This document shows, one piece after another, positions 43,461-59,313 of a stretch of DNA of 64,000 nucleotides (positions within the stretch are counted from its first letter, which is position 1; each line of letters opens with the position of its first letter). The position numbers and the translations under genes were made by a program. Source of the DNA: Eledone cirrhosa (lineage: Eukaryota); assembly GCA_964016885.1 (NCBI GenBank), contig OZ024741.1, forward strand, positions 284,828,001 to 284,892,000, given 5' to 3'. The notes below the pieces were generated by a model. That model made no database searches, was not told the origin of the DNA, and was given only the letters and a program-made list of their open reading frames with translations.

Positions 43461-44586
43461 CAGTCTAGAGGAAGTGATTTGGCGGAATTGTTAAAGATTC
43501 AGACAAGGAGATTTACGGTATCTGACCCGGCTTTGTGCAATCTCAGTTTAAATTCCGCCCCCTTCTACCAACATTTGCGACGGACAGATGGTGCCAGCGA
43601 TGGAAAGACCAATGGAACAATAATTTCCTTGGGTCGATATACCGATAGGCTCTTTTTTTAATTTCTCGGCAAACTGCAATTCTTTGTCTTTCAACAACCT
43701 TCTTCTTCCCTATTATTTACTCGTTCATAAATCTCCTATGAAGGCAGATGCATGTGTCTGTTGTTCCTTTCTATGTTAAACCTGTTCTTGTTATAAATAT
43801 ACAATGATTATCAGAACATTGCACCACAGTTATGAAACTGAGATTCGGCTTTATTATATTTTAAGTCGTTTACTCAGCAATATACGTTTGTATATGTCTT
43901 CTTTTTAACTATCATATTTTCAGCGTTATTGTGTCAGAGTAGTAAAGCAGTTTGATCAGTTTCGTTGCTTCCTCTGTCAACAATTCTCTCTTACTATTCT
44001 CCTCTTTTCTTCGATTTCATCTTGTGCTGATTCTTTTCTCATTTCTGCAATTCTTCCTTCATCAATTCTAATTTCTTCTGTTTATTTTGATGAGAGGTTT
44101 CATCGTTTTGTATATTTTTTGTTTTTTTGTTTTGTTATTTATATTCTTCTACTCACTGTAAATCTCTTTCGCATCTGTTTATTTCATTTATCTATTTTTG
44201 CGATGAGTTTACTCTTTTGAGTTTAATTTTCTCTGCTTCAATTTATCTCTTTTCCAGATGATCTCCTTCTTGCAATGCACTAAGTCTACACTTTTCGTAA
44301 ACATTCGTTTCTTCTTCTGGTCTACTCTTCGTATTCATTTTTCTGCAACAAAGACCGATCTGTTATTTGCAGCTGCTATCTCACATGTTGCTGTTTTCTT
44401 TGCCTTTTTTTCTTCTTCCAAGCTAGTCTCCGTTACCTTTCATGTCCAGTTTCTTCCATTCTGTTGTATAATGAAAAGATTATTTCAAACTATTTACTCA
44501 TAGAATACACACGGACGTTAATTTCCCTCATGATATGGTAAATATACATGATACGCTTGTTTAAGGTATAAGATGTAGGTTAGTTA

Positions 44587-44830
44587 GTGAGGGCGCGTGG
44601 TTTACTGCGTTCGGTTTACTATCGTAAGTTCGATATCCGGACCCCCCCCCTCCTTTGTGTCCTTGAGCAAGACATTATTTCATGTTGCTCCATTCCACTC
44701 AAATGGAATAAATGGGTTGATACTGTACTTCAAATGGCTATCATTGCCACATACTGTGTCACGCCAAATCTCTCTGAGAATTATGCAATCGGTGCTCGTG
44801 TTTATCAAATGCTCAGACACCTGCATATTA
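44587..44830 (+). mobile_element. SINE S2
   Basis: gtgagggcgcgtggtttactgc...tgtgtccttgagcaagacattatttcatgttgctcc. Confidence 0.7.
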
Positions 44831-45679
44831 ACAACTAGATCACTCATCCTCAGAACCAACAGTGGTCCAACAACAATTTAAATTTTAATGATACAATAAT
44901 TTGTTATTACTAAAATAAGAAAAGTATAACAGGTTTAGCTGAGTTAGTTCTATTTTCTCGTTCATTATTGTTTCGTGAAATAATTATCTGAAAAAATCAT
45001 TAGACTTCCAATAATACACCAACAATATTTATGCCGTCTGCCCATTGGCGGGTCACATAGTCCTTACAAGGCAACGTAGTCATGTAATACTGGGTTTGAT
45101 CCCACTGTGTGATAACATGGTTAAATGTTTTAACATAAATTAGAGTCGTTATCAGTCAAATTGTGTAGACAGAAACACTCATTTGTATGTATTGTACATA
45201 ACGAAATCCCCTCTTATGTTATTTCCTTAGAAACTAAAATAGTTTCAGAACTTGAGCTTATTTAATACATGAATTGCGGCAAAATGAAACCTATTTGATG
45301 TCTCTAATATTTATTTCTATAATATCACAGTGAAAAGATTTTTCATTCACTTATCTGAGTAATTACATCGTATGGGGTTAATTTAACCATTCAAAAAACA
45401 TACAAAACTTTACTTTATATTGCAGCATAAATGTGACTGATCAGTTCGAAAACAATGTACCGAAAATTTTGGCACCAAGAAATAAATGATAAATGGAGAG
45501 TGAATATAACTATTTATGAGTGTGTTTTTGAAATGGCTAAAATGACTATTACACGATGTAATTGATTTAGTTTCAACATGGTCCCAGATCAAGTCGCTTG
45601 CCAGACAGGTACAAAGCGTAAATTTCTTTCTTTATCCATAAGAAAGTTGGTGCAGGGTCCGCCCTTCCATCCATTCATT

Positions 45680-45980
45680 CATGGATCCTGAACCCATGAT
45701 AAAATCCTAGGGGCTACGTTACAATAAACGGCATGTCTTGGTCATTTCAACATGGCAAAGCTTATCCGTCTTCAGGTCTGAATATAGTAGATTTCTTCCT
45801 AAGAAATATAAAGAAAATGAGAAAGAGATATACAGGAAAAATCGATCTCAGTATACAACTGGTACTTTATTGACTTGAAAGAATGAATAACAGAGTTGAC
45901 TTGTTATTCATTTGGCGGTATTTGCGTAGAAAGCCAGAACGAGTAATCCAAAACATTATATCCGACGTTATATCGGCTGC
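45680..45980 (-). mobile_element. Degenerate SINE S1 with extended 3' module
   Basis: caggtctgaatatagtagatttcttcc..gaaaatgagaaagagatatacaggaaaaatcga..actggtac, as at 16690-16800. Confidence 0.6.
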
Positions 45981-46830
45981 CATTTCGACCCTTATATCCA
46001 ATATGAAACCTATTAAACTTATCCAATTAGTTTTATGTAAGAAGAAATGTATAGGGATTTTTACTCTACTGACTAATTTACAGAAGAACCATTATGATAG
46101 CGAAGCCGATTATATAAACTCATTTCTGTCATACACTTCTTTGAAAAAACAGCTTCAAATCAAATCAAAAGTAATAGTTATTGGCCAAGTCCAGGCCATT
46201 ATTCTCATTCCAATTTAGTAAAATGCATTTATTTTTTCCCTTTAAACATCGTTATCATCACATATAATAAGATAAGATTCTTGGCTAAATATTTCCTAAT
46301 TACTGGCGGGAAGAATAATTACTCGTATTATCAACTAACCATCCGATTTGTAATAAAACGTTGAAGAATTTGAAGCCATCTAAAAGTGTATTACTGGTCA
46401 TTCAGAATTGATTTACTGACACTTAATGTCCACTCCAGCAGACAGAAGCACTTAGATACTAAAGCCATTATTTCATAGACTGACTGTCTTATTTATCTAT
46501 TTCTAATCTTATTCATGTCTTCGCAGACCCTCACTGGCTTACAAGTCAATTGTACTGATTGGTCAAACCTATCTATCTATAGCTAGTTAGTTAGTTAGAT
46601 AGATAGATAGATATATTTCTTTATTTACCATAAAGGTATAAAAAGAAGGGACAAATACAAAGGGGGAGTTTACATAAAACCGAGTAAAAAGGGTATAAAA
46701 TGAAAATAATCAAAAACAACCCCAAAAGGGAGGGGACGTGATGGGGGTTGCACACACCCCCGAAAAAGTGTGCAATCCTTTGCCCAGGGAGCACATGGAG
46801 AAGGTGCTCCCCTCTCCTTCACTTCTTTAC

Positions 46831-49800
46831 CTACAGGATGGTATACAGAGAAGGCCCATTTATACGAGCCATTCTCGCCACTATCACCCACCTTTCATAA
46901 AACTGCCTATGGCCAAGCACCTCTCTCTCCATTCTTATCCTTCTTCCGAAGTGATATCGGAAGAAGTAGACCAGACTATGGCCAGAGAGGAAGTTGCCTG
47001 ACCTCAGACCTTTCAATCGTGTCCACCAAACAACCTCTTTCAACATGGCTATTACGCACAGAAAAACCGCCTTTGCTTCCTTTGTGAAGAGGGGAGGCGG
47101 TTTGATTGTCATCACTGACTCGGCGGTTTCTTCGTGACGCACGCATCTAGGGCAAATCTTTTTTGAGGGATCCCTGCCCGGGCGCCCGTGTCTGTAGAGC
47201 CTCTCTCGAACGGGTAGAGCCCCCCGGTAGCACTGCCAGGCCAGTGACTTCTGGAAGTTGTCCATTGGTCCTGGGCCGAAAGTCCTACCGAACAGGCTGG
47301 CCAGTTCGTCTTCTTCCATGTCCAGCGACTCTCCAAGGGTGTCATCGCCCCTGCTAGCCACCAGCCCTCTATAGAATGATGAGGTGGATTCTCCACCGAT
47401 GGCCTGGCCCGCTTGCCAGAGAGCCCTGAGCGCCTGAGCACACTCAGTGTGCCAGTCTCCCAGTTTTCCGGATCTTTGCTTGACCCAGGACTGTAGCTCG
47501 GTGAGCGAGACGAGTCTCGGAAAGGCTCGTTTCACGAACGGAGCCCACACCGGTTGACCAGTGAGGAATACCTGTAGGTGCCGTAGCCTTAATGCGTGCC
47601 TACGCATCATCAACCACGGCATCCCCAGCCCTCCTTTCGAAGGTTGTTGGCAGCAGATGGATCTTCTCACCATAGGAGGGCGCTTCTTCCAAAGAAATTG
47701 AAAGAGCATGCGTTCCATGGTGGTGAGTGTTTCCTTAGGGCAAGGCACGACAGTCAGGCGGTAGTAAGTGACGGACGCTATGTAAATGTTCGCCACCTCC
47801 GCTCGACGTTTTAGGGACAGCTTACACTTGGCCCATTTCTGGATTAGTGCAAACACCTTGTTCGTAACCTCGCCCCAGTTCTTTTCCACCTGGAGGTCCG
47901 GTCCAAACCAGACCCCAAGCAACTTCACCGGGCCCTCCGTCCAGTGTCCGATGACACCGTCGGGAGGCATCGGTCTGCCTCTTCACGTTCCAAGTTGCAG
48001 CCCGATGGATTTTTCCCGGTTCAGTTTCGCTCCTGACAACCTTTCGTATTCCACCAGTAAGGTACCGATCGCCTCGATCTCCGAGTCGCTCGATACCATT
48101 ACTGTTACGTCATCGGCGTAGGCCGACACCGCTTTGCTCAATCCTGGTTCCAGGGGGATACCCTGCAACAACTCCAACTTCCTCAGTAAAGGCTCGAGAG
48201 TCAATACGTACAGAAGGGAGGAGAGAGGGCACCCCTGTCGAATGGATCGTGTGATTTCGAACGGCTTCGAAAGGTAGCCGTTCACCTTGATCCTAGAACA
48301 GATGTGGTTGCTATGTAAGGCAGTGATCCAGCCTCTGAAAACAGGATCGAACCCAGCCGCCGCTAGAACCGCATCCAGGTAACCATGGTCGACCCTATCG
48401 AACGCCTTAGACTGATCCAAGTTGATCAGGGCCCCACCGAAGCCGGGTTTGTTGCCAACCCTCTCTATGATGTATCGCATGAGGTGGACGTTGTCGTGAA
48501 TGGAACTGGATGGGATAGCACATGTCTGCGCATCTCCCACCAGGCCACCCACGACAAGCGCCAACCTCTTTGCTAACACCTTGGCCAAAATCTTTAACTC
48601 TGTGTTTAGCAGGGTTATGGGCCGAAAATTATTCATACTATCCCCCTTGTTCTCGTCCTTCCTCACCAGCGAGACTACGCCCTTGGCTACAGAACAAGGA
48701 ATTCTCCCGTTCTGCTGCCAATTGCAGTAGACTGCTTCGAGGAGTTCGGAGAAGAAGACCGGCATTGCTAAATAAAGTTCGTAAGGTATACCATCGAGAC
48801 CTGGAGATTTGCGTCTGCTGCATTGGCTCAGCGCATCTCCGATCTCATCAGCAGAGATTGGTCCCTCGCAGGACTCTGCCTCATCGCTCGAGAGACGCGG
48901 CAGGCCGTCGAGGTATGGACCGAAATCCACGTCCCCGCCCGGACCCTCGCCTCCCCCGAACAATCGGGCAAAGTGTCTTTGAAAGGCCTCGCACATCTGC
49001 TTAGGCTCCCGGATCACCCGTCCATTCTCGTCTTGCAAAGACCGGATGGTGGATCGATTTCCACTCTTAGCTTCTGTCACGCGGGCCCAGCCAACGGCTT
49101 TGGCCCCCTTATTACCTAGAGCACGTATTTTACTTCGAATGACGCAGCCTCCGTGCTTTGCATCGAAAAACTGGCTCAAGGCCGTCCTCGATGCCAGCAC
49201 TCTGGCCACATCTTTGCTCTTGATTGCCTCTTCTAATTTACCTGTTAATTCTTTCTCGTCCTATTCCTATCGGCAGCTAACATCTTGCTATAACTTATTG
49301 ATTCTGTTCTAATCTCTCTTTTGAGAGATGCCCACCGTTGTTGACGATTGCACCCGTCAACCTCTCCTTAACTAATCTGCTAATCCGGTTTCTGTAAGCC
49401 TCTTTTGCCGGTAAAGACAAATTAAGTTTCCAGTAACCGGGACCCTGTTTATGTGTTTTCTCGAGATTGACTTCGCAGGTCACTAATTTGTGATCTGTAT
49501 AGCCAACCGTGAGCATTTCTGGACAGCTTAATATGTCCCTATCCTTACTTCTAACTAAGAATCTATCTAAGCACGATCTAGATTGACCACTGTGGTTCGT
49601 CCAAGTCCAGGTTGGCACAGTTGGAAAATCTAGTCGATATCTATCGACCAAGTTAAAACGGTCGAGTAACCACTTGAGGCTGTTACACCCCCTCTATTAG
49701 GACATGCTCCTGCATAGTCCCAACGTGCATCTAGGATGTCATTCCAATCCCCCGCTAGAAGCAGGGAACGCGACGTTCCCAGAAAAGTCTCCAGACGCTG

Positions 49801-50169
49801 GAAGAAGTCGGGTCGTTCAGCTCCGAAAGGGGAGTAGACGGCGACCAGTCTCAAGGCCGCACCTCCACTACTGCCAACGTCTAGCACCAACAAACGACCT
49901 TCCGGGTCCGAGTGAACAACCTGTACGGCAAGACCCAGGTGTTTTTCTAGCAGTACGACAACCCCACCCCCACCTCCAGGTTGACAGAGAGATGCATGCA
50001 CCTCAAAGTCATCGAAGGTAGGGGCCAGCTGCCGCACGACGCTGATCCGAGTCTCACAGATAACCATTACATTTATACCACGTGACCTGAGGTCATTTAG
50101 AAGCTCTGCTTGCTTCCAAGTTGAGCCCAGGCCACGTGCATTCAAACATCCTACTCTTAACACATCCAT
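46831..50169 (-). pseudogene. Tx1-like ORF2: APE endonuclease, reverse transcriptase and C-terminal Cys motif, frameshifted
   Basis: CLNARGL, ICETR, GR.LVLD, AVYSP, LAGDWN, TW...SCLDRF, TDHK, GPGYWKLN; KSPGLDG, NFRPITLLN, LDQSKAFDRVDH, IRQGCPLS, AYADDV; KLLGVWF, GGLG.P, CPRC..EET. Confidence 0.92.
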
Positions 50170-52080
50170 GTGGGCGGCAAAGCCAAAGGAGAGTGTAGAG
50201 ACCTACCTTCTGCTTCTCGGGGTTCGGGTCGCACGACTTCCATGGGGTCGGGGGTGTTGGGTGAATGGGTGTCTTGTGGTGGTGTGGGGTCGTCAGTGTG
50301 TGGTGGGGTTGGGGTGTTTGGAGTTGTGTTGGGGAGGGGAAGGGGAGGGGGAAAGCTTTTTAGGAGGACTCGGTTTATGGGTTTGACAGAGGGTGATCCT
50401 ACGTCCTCCTTAAAATCCTTTTTTAGTTTTTGGTAGAGGTTCATTGGGATCTTTATTAATTTTAAATGTGGGTAGTTTTCTGAAGAAACAAAGTTTACCC
50501 TTTCGGTTTGTACCGAAGGGTTATTGTTTATGAGTTCATTTAATTTATTATTGTTTCTGTTGATGTAATGTCTTTTTTTCGGATGGTGTGAGTGTTTCGA
50601 AGAGGGGAGGGGCAGGTTTGGTTTTGTTTGTTGCTGGAGGGGTGTTTTGTGTTTTGTTGGATTGTGTTGACGTTTGGCCTTGTGTGTTTTGCACATGTTT
50701 TCTTATTTTCCTTTTAATCTGTCTGAAGGACTCCGTTTCTTCCTCCGAATTCGTTGGGTTATCTTCAGTGTTGGAGGGAAGAGGTATGTTTGCTGGTAAT
50801 GTTTCCGTGTTGGTTTTCTTTGTGGGGGAGATGGATGTCACTATGTTAGGCTGTGTTGTGTGTTGTGGCTGCGGTGGTTGTGTTGTTTTATTGAGTGAGG
50901 GGTTGGGTGGGACTGTGTTTTGTTTTTGGGTAATGTGTTGTGTCTGTTTGTGTTGTGGTGGTAGTGTAGTTTTACTGAGGGACGAGTTGGGTGGGACTGA
51001 GTTTTGTTGTTTGTTTATCTGTTGTGGTGGTGGTGGAGCTGGTGTTGGTAGCAGGGTTTTCTTCTTGTTGAGTTGGAGACAAGCCGCCTTCAGGTGCCCT
51101 CTGCCTGCACAGATATGACAAGACGATCTTCTCCCGTCCACGCTAATGTTTATACACTCGTGGCCCTCTAATAGGATTCTGTCGGGTATTTGGGCAATGC
51201 GTTCAGGCTTCATTTGCACTACAAGTTCTATACCTCTTCCACTGAACGCATTTCCTGTGGTTTTCCCAATGGAAATCACGTTGTCATTCGCTGGATCGAT
51301 GAAGCGAGCTATGAGCCAGCAGTAGTCCACATCTGGCATCATCGCATCCAGCCATATGCGCTGAGTTCTTTTACCCATATAAGATGGATAAAAGGTAAAA
51401 TTTGTCGAACGAATCGGCGACAAAGCATATTTTTTTGCCGCTGATTCGTTCTTCATAATAATGGGTAGGCTTCCATACAGCCTGTCTCTTTTTATGAAAG
51501 TGGCTTCATTAAGTACTTCTCTAAGTACTGCTTTAATTTCTGCTTGTGTTGGTTGTTGAGATTTTTTGAGATGTTGTTGATGGTGCGGAACACGACCGTT
51601 CGACTTTCAATATCTTTGGTGAGTTCTTGGGGCATTTTTACCGATAAGGTTCCATTTTCCCCTTGAGTTATGAATTGTTTGGCGTTTTTTATTCTTTGTG
51701 CCACATCTGAAATATTTTCAGGTATATATGTTAAAGATTTTTTTGTTGTTTGTGCAAATGAGATATTATTGGTGTTGACTTTGTCGTCTGTTTTGCTTTC
51801 TGTTATAATGTTGTTTTCAAATGTTATTTTTGTGTTTGTTGTTGCTTTGTTTGTGGTATTAATATTGTCATGCAATTCTTTCAAATTTTTGTTGTTGTTG
51901 GAATCAAACTCCAGATTTGTGTTTTCGTCATTTTTCTCCGCACATTCGTCTGTTTTTATTTTATTTTTTCTTTCCTTCTCTATGACGTTAGTTGGGAAGG
52001 ATGTGGGGACTAAAGCGTGCGAGCTTACAACTCTTACCGCTGTCCCCCCCACCACTATTTTCGTTAGCTTCGTTTAACAT
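50157..52080 (-). pseudogene. Tx1-like ORF1 (gag-like, CCHC zinc knuckle, Pro/Thr/Gln-rich tail), split by frameshifts
   Basis: ORF pieces 51492-52055, 50548-51456 (ISVDGRRSSCHICAGRGHLKAAC) and 50157-50696. The stop overlaps the ORF2 ATG (50157-50169). Confidence 0.75.
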
Positions 52081-52286
52081 TTCTGCCAGACGATTGAAAT
52101 TTTATGCAACAAAATTTTTAAAAACAGGTTTTTCACCCCTGGGAGTGGCGAAGATGAGCTGACCCACCGCCTGACACAATAGTATCAAAATTAAAATTAA
52201 ACTTACAAAATTTCCGCAATAAATTGGAACAAAACTTCTGCGCGAAGTGAATTACGTCTACGCTGTCGAACAGACGACACTAGATT

Positions 52287-54429
<2,143 letters not shown>

Positions 54430-54432
<3 letters not shown>

Positions 54433-55682
54433 GACCTCAAGGTGGAGAAGAACTGGGGTGAGGTATCGAACAGGGTGTTTGCACTGACCCAGAAGTGGGC
54501 CAAGTGCAAACTATCCCTGAAAGGTCGGGCGGAGGTGGCGAACACTTATATAGCGTCTGTCATCTACTATCACCTGACCATCGTGCCTTGCCCAAGGGAA
54601 ACGCTCACCAAAATGGAGCGCGCACTCTTCCAATTCCTTTGGAAGAAGCGGGCACATTTGGTGAGGAGATTCATCTGCTGTCAACATCCTTCGAAAGGAA
54701 GGCTGGGAATGCCGTGGCTGCTGATGTGTAAACACGCATTAAGGCTACGGCACCTCCAGGTATTCCTCACTGGTCAACCGGTGTGGGCCCCGTTTGTGAG
54801 ACGAACCTTTCCGAGACCCGTCTCACTCACCGAGCTGCAATCCTGGGTCAAGCAAAGACCAAGAAAACTGGGGGCGCCTGGCACACCGAGTGTGCCCAGG
54901 CGCTCACGGTTCTCTGGCGGGCGGACCCCGCTATCAGTGGAGACTCCACCTCGACATTCTATAGAGGGCTGGTGCGCAGCAGGTGCGCGACGCCCTTGGA
55001 GAAGCCCTAGGCATGGAGGAAGACGAACTTGCCAGCCTGTTCGGTAGGACATTTGGCCCGGGACCTATGGACAACTTCCAGAGGTCCCTGGCCTGGCAGT
55101 GCTACCGATGGGCTCTGCCCGTTCGAGAAAAGCTCTACAGTCACGGGCGCCCGGATAGGGACCCTTCGATAAAGATCTGTCCCAGATGCGTGCGCGACGA
55201 GGAAACTGTTGCGCACGCATTGGTACTATGCCCGGGCGTCGCCGATCTGTGGGGCTATGTCGAACGACTGCTGTCATGGGTGGGACCAATCCGGTTGACC
55301 ACCGAGTCCATTGTAACGATCAAGCCGCCTCCCCCCTTCAAAAATGAAGGAGAGGCGGTGTTTCTGTGCGTAATAGCCATGATGAAAAAGGTTATATGGT
55401 GGACGCGATTGAAAGGGCTGAGGTCGGACACCTTTCTCTCCGGCCAACAACTGGTCCTCTTCTTCCGATACCATTTCGGAAGAAGGATGAGGAGAAGGGT
55501 TGCACACTTTTTCGGGGGTGTGAGCGACCCCCCAAAACGCCTCCTCCCTATTGAGGACTTTATTGTTAATTTTATATTTGTTGTTTGTTTTTTACTCGTT
55601 CTTTTGTCTAAACTCCTCCCACCCTTGTATTTGTCCCCTTCTTTTGTGCCCTCGTGGAAATAAATAGAAATGTATCTATCTA
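54430..55682 (+). mobile_element. 5'-truncated Tx1-like copy
   Basis: EKNWGEV...CPRCVRDEETVAHALVLC...WWTRLKGLRSD. Ends aataaatagaaatgtatctatct. Confidence 0.9.
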
Positions 55683-55864
55683 ACTAACTAACTAACTATG
55701 TACCTAGATATCTGTGTAGCTATTAATCTACCTACCTAACCATTTATCTCACTGGTTGTCTTCCCAAGTGTCTACCTATAGTTATCTATTTTTGTATATT
55801 TGCCTGTGTATCTATCTTCGGACAAGAATCAACAGCAAAGGACAAATGCAAACAACAGCCAGAA

Positions 55865-56672
55865 AATATATTTCTTTATTTGCCACAAGGGTGCACAAGA
55901 AGAGGGGACAATACAAAGACATATGGCCGAGATTTTACATACAGTCGTGTAAAAAAAGTTTTAACATGAAAATATAACAATCGAAATCCCCAATAGAAGG
56001 GAGGCGTTACAAATGGGTTGCTTTATACCCCGTAGATAGAACAACCTTCGACTCCAGGAGCATATTGTGCAAGTGGTCCTTTCTTCCTTTCGCTCTCTTC
56101 TTCAACCTACAGGTTTATATACAAAGAAGGCCCAATCACTCGGGCCATTCTCGCCACGTTCACCCACCTTTCAGTAACTTTACTGGGGTGCAGTACCTCT
56201 CACTCCATTCTGATTCTTCCTCTAAAGTGTTAACTAAAGAAGGGAATCAATTGTTGTCCGGAGAGAAAAGCATCTGTCCTCAGTCCTCTCAACCTTGTCC
56301 ACCATATAACTTCTTTCACCATAGCCACTATACAGAGGAAAACCGCCTCGTTTTCGTTTTTAAATGAAGGTGGCGGTTTGATCCTTACTATGGTTTCGGC
56401 TGTCAACTGGATTTGTCCCACACGCGACAGCAGTTGTTCTGCGTAGTTCCACAGGTCGGTTACGCTCGGGCAGTGTACAATTGCGTGCAGGACGGTTTCA
56501 ATGTCCCGCTTGCACCTTGCACAAGTCCTCTTTGAAGGATCCCTGCCTGCGCGTTCGTGCCTGTAGATCTTATCGCGTACTGGTAAAGCTCCTCGGTAGC
56601 ACTGCCAGGCCAGGGACCTTTGGAAGTTGTCAATAGGTCTTGGGCGGAACCTCCTACCGAACAGACTGGTGA
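55865..56672 (-). mobile_element. Tx1-like 3' fragment (second subfamily), tail-to-tail with the previous copy
   Basis: 3' UTR near-identical to 52405-52848. DNFQRSLAWQCYRGALP, CARC..IETVLH..C, KEVIWWTR. Confidence 0.88.
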
Positions 56673-56674
56673 GA

Positions 56675-57566
56675 AGATAGACAGGGAGATAGACAGATAG
56701 ACAGATGGACAGATAGACAGGCAGACCGATAGATAGGTAAGTAGGTAGGTAGGGAGGTAGGTAGGTAGGTAGGTAGGTAGAGAGGTAGGAGGTCGGTAGG
56801 AGGTAGGTAGGGAGATAGGTAGGGAGGTAGGTAGGTCGGTAGGTAGGTAGGGAGATAGGTAGGTAGGGAGGTAGGGAGATAGGTAGGTAGGGAGGTAGGT
56901 AGGTAGGTAGGTAGGTAGGTAGGCAGATAGGTAGGTAGGTAGGTAGGGAGGTAGGTAGGTAGGTAGGAGGTAGGTAGGTAGGGAGGTAGGTAGGGAGATA
57001 GGTAGGGAGGTAGGTAGGTAGGTAGGGAGGTAGGTAGGTAGGTAGGGAGATAGGTAGGGAGGTAGGTAGGGAGATAGGGAGGGAGGTAGGGAGGTAGGTA
57101 GGTAGGGAGGTAGGTAGGGAGATAGGTAGGGAGGTAGGGGGGTAGGTAGGGAGGTAGGTAGGGAAGGAGGTAGGTAGATAGATAAGTAGGTAGGGAGGTA
57201 GGTAGGGAGGAAGGGGGGTAGGTAGAGAGGGAGGTAGGTAGGGAGGTAGGGAGATAGGTAGGTAGCTCGGTAGTTAGGTAGGGAGGGGGGTAGGTGGGTG
57301 GGTAGTTAGGTAGGGAGGTAGGTAGGTAGGGAGGTAGGGAGGTAGGGAGGGAGGGAGGTAGGTGGGTAGGCAGGTAGGTGGGTAGGTAGGTAGATAGGAA
57401 GGTAGGTAGGTAGGTAGTTAGGTAGGGAGGTAGGTAGGTAGGGAGGTAGGTAGGTAGGTAGGTGGGTAGGTATGTAGATAGGAAGGTAGGTAGGGAGGGA
57501 GGGAGGTAGGTAGGTATGGAGGTAGGTAGGGAGGTAGGTAGGGAGGTAGGTAGAAAGGTAGGTAGG
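56675..57566 (+). repeat. G-rich degenerate tetranucleotide array (GATA/GACA grading into GGTA/GGGA)
   Basis: About 890 bp of taggtagg/gggag units. Confidence 0.95.
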
Positions 57567-57868
57567 TGTGTGTGTGTATTTATATATATATATATATGTG
57601 TGGGTGTCTATGACCTATTACTGGTCACAGAAACACACAAATATAAATATATACACACACACATACACGCAAACACACACACACATATATGTATACACAC
57701 ACACACTTAGAAACCCTTCCTATTTAGCAGGAAATATTCGCTACACACATCCTGTCCTAACACAAGTTAAATGATACATATGACAGTCACCAAACTTTAG
57801 CTAGATACTGTAATGCTATATTCGATTCTTCGAAGTCACCTGCTATAATTTCTTTCAACAACACCGCC

Positions 57869-57971
<103 letters not shown>

Positions 57972-58056
57972 ACTCCCTCTCTCTCTCTCTTTTAATCTAC
58001 TGTCTCACAACCACTATCTCTTTCTCTCTATCTCCTCTCTCTCTCTCTCTCTCTCT

Positions 58057-58124
<68 letters not shown>

Positions 58125-58129
<5 letters not shown>

Positions 58130-58325
58130 CGAAGGAAATGTGGTAAGGAACCAGATAGACCATGACGCACCAAAGTACTCAATACTTAGGGTAGTAGAGT
58201 GGGTAATAGGTAGTTGTAGGACCCCGACGGCTGAGCTCAAGCCGTTTCGACGGCTAATTCTGAGTCCAGAATTAGCCGTCGGAACGGCTTGAGCTCAGCC
58301 GTCGGGGTCCTACTCGTTCCTATAT
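58125..58325. mobile_element. Family F fold-back
   Basis: Arms gtaggaccccgacggctgagctcaagccgtttcgacggctaattctg / cagaattagccgtcggaacggcttgagctcagccgtcggggtcctac, apex at about 58264. Confidence 0.75.
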
Positions 58326-58334
58326 GTATATAGT

Positions 58335-58555
58335 GGTTACACAACAGTTAGTTTTCCATACCGAGAACAATTGTTTCACTTTAGCGGATCCTCAGCTTGT
58401 AATGGTCCATTACGAGCTGAGGATCCGCTAAGGTGAAACAATTGTTCTCGGTATGGTGAACTAGCTGTTGTGTAACCTCTTCTACCTAACTCGTCCCATG
58501 GACTGAGTGCTCTACCTACTAAGGATATTATCTTCCAGTGTTCTACCACTATATA
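58335..58555 (+). mobile_element. Palindromic mini-element with a hammerhead in each arm
   Basis: Arms 58335-58405 and 58407-58477. cgag CTGAGGA(58417-58423) tcc-gctaa-ggt GAAA(58435-58438) caattg TT ctcg. Confidence 0.8.
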
Positions 58556-58558
58556 TAT

Positions 58559-58986
58559 ATACAATATGTTGAAAAGGTAACACACTAGACGGAGATAGTG
58601 TGCCATCAATAAAACAGGAAAAACCGCAAGTGCATGGAATCTATAATATATGGAAGGCACCGTAGACACACATAATTAAAAATATAAATTAATATACGCA
58701 CCTCTATAACTATATAATTATAGAAGTTATAGAGTTATATGTTATATAGTTATAGAGGTGCGTATATACATTTTAATTTATATTTTTAATTATTGTGTGC
58801 CTACCCTGCCTTCCATAGATTATAGATCCCATACACTGGTGGTTTTCCTTGTTTTATTGATGGCACACTATCTCTCTCTTGTGTTACCTTTTCAACATAT
58901 TGTATTTTAAAAGCTCAGGATTCCTTTTCCTTTGGGCACATTATTGACAGGGAATAACGAGAGTCTATGGCTCCGTTAATTTATCG

Positions 58987-58990
<4 letters not shown>
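58559..58990 (+). mobile_element. Fold-back mini-element, ~160-bp arms
   Basis: 58559-58718 is inverted at 58742-58905. (TA)n flanks. No ribozyme core seen. Confidence 0.65.
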
Positions 58991-59081
<91 letters not shown>

Positions 59082-59230
59082 GGTACCCGGAAAAAGCGGG
59101 AACACTTGCTCCGATTTATGCGAAACTTATTTTATTTTATTTTTATTCCCATTTCAGGGGAAACTTCCTTTCAAAGTATTTTCCCATTATGCACCGTTTT
59201 GGCTGTATTAGATTACATATAAACACACAA

Positions 59231-59313
<83 letters not shown>

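Larger units (their letters stand above)
46612..52282 (-). mobile_element. Near full-length L1/Tx1-clade LINE, frameshifted
   Basis: ORF1 with CCHC knuckle, ORF2 with APE-RT-Cys domain, 3' UTR. (GATA)n at both ends. Confidence 0.92.

Noticed and set aside
43660-44500. Minus-strand purine-rich, coiled-coil-like stretch, possibly an old LINE ORF1
   Set aside because: Too many stops and no diagnostic motif to support a call.
45425-45490. Plus-strand acceptor followed by INVTDQFENNVPKILAPRNK*
   Set aside because: Short, no homology recognised and expected by chance.
47163-51444. Plus-strand ORFs overlapping the Tx1-like element
   Set aside because: Antisense shadows of GC-rich LINE coding sequence.
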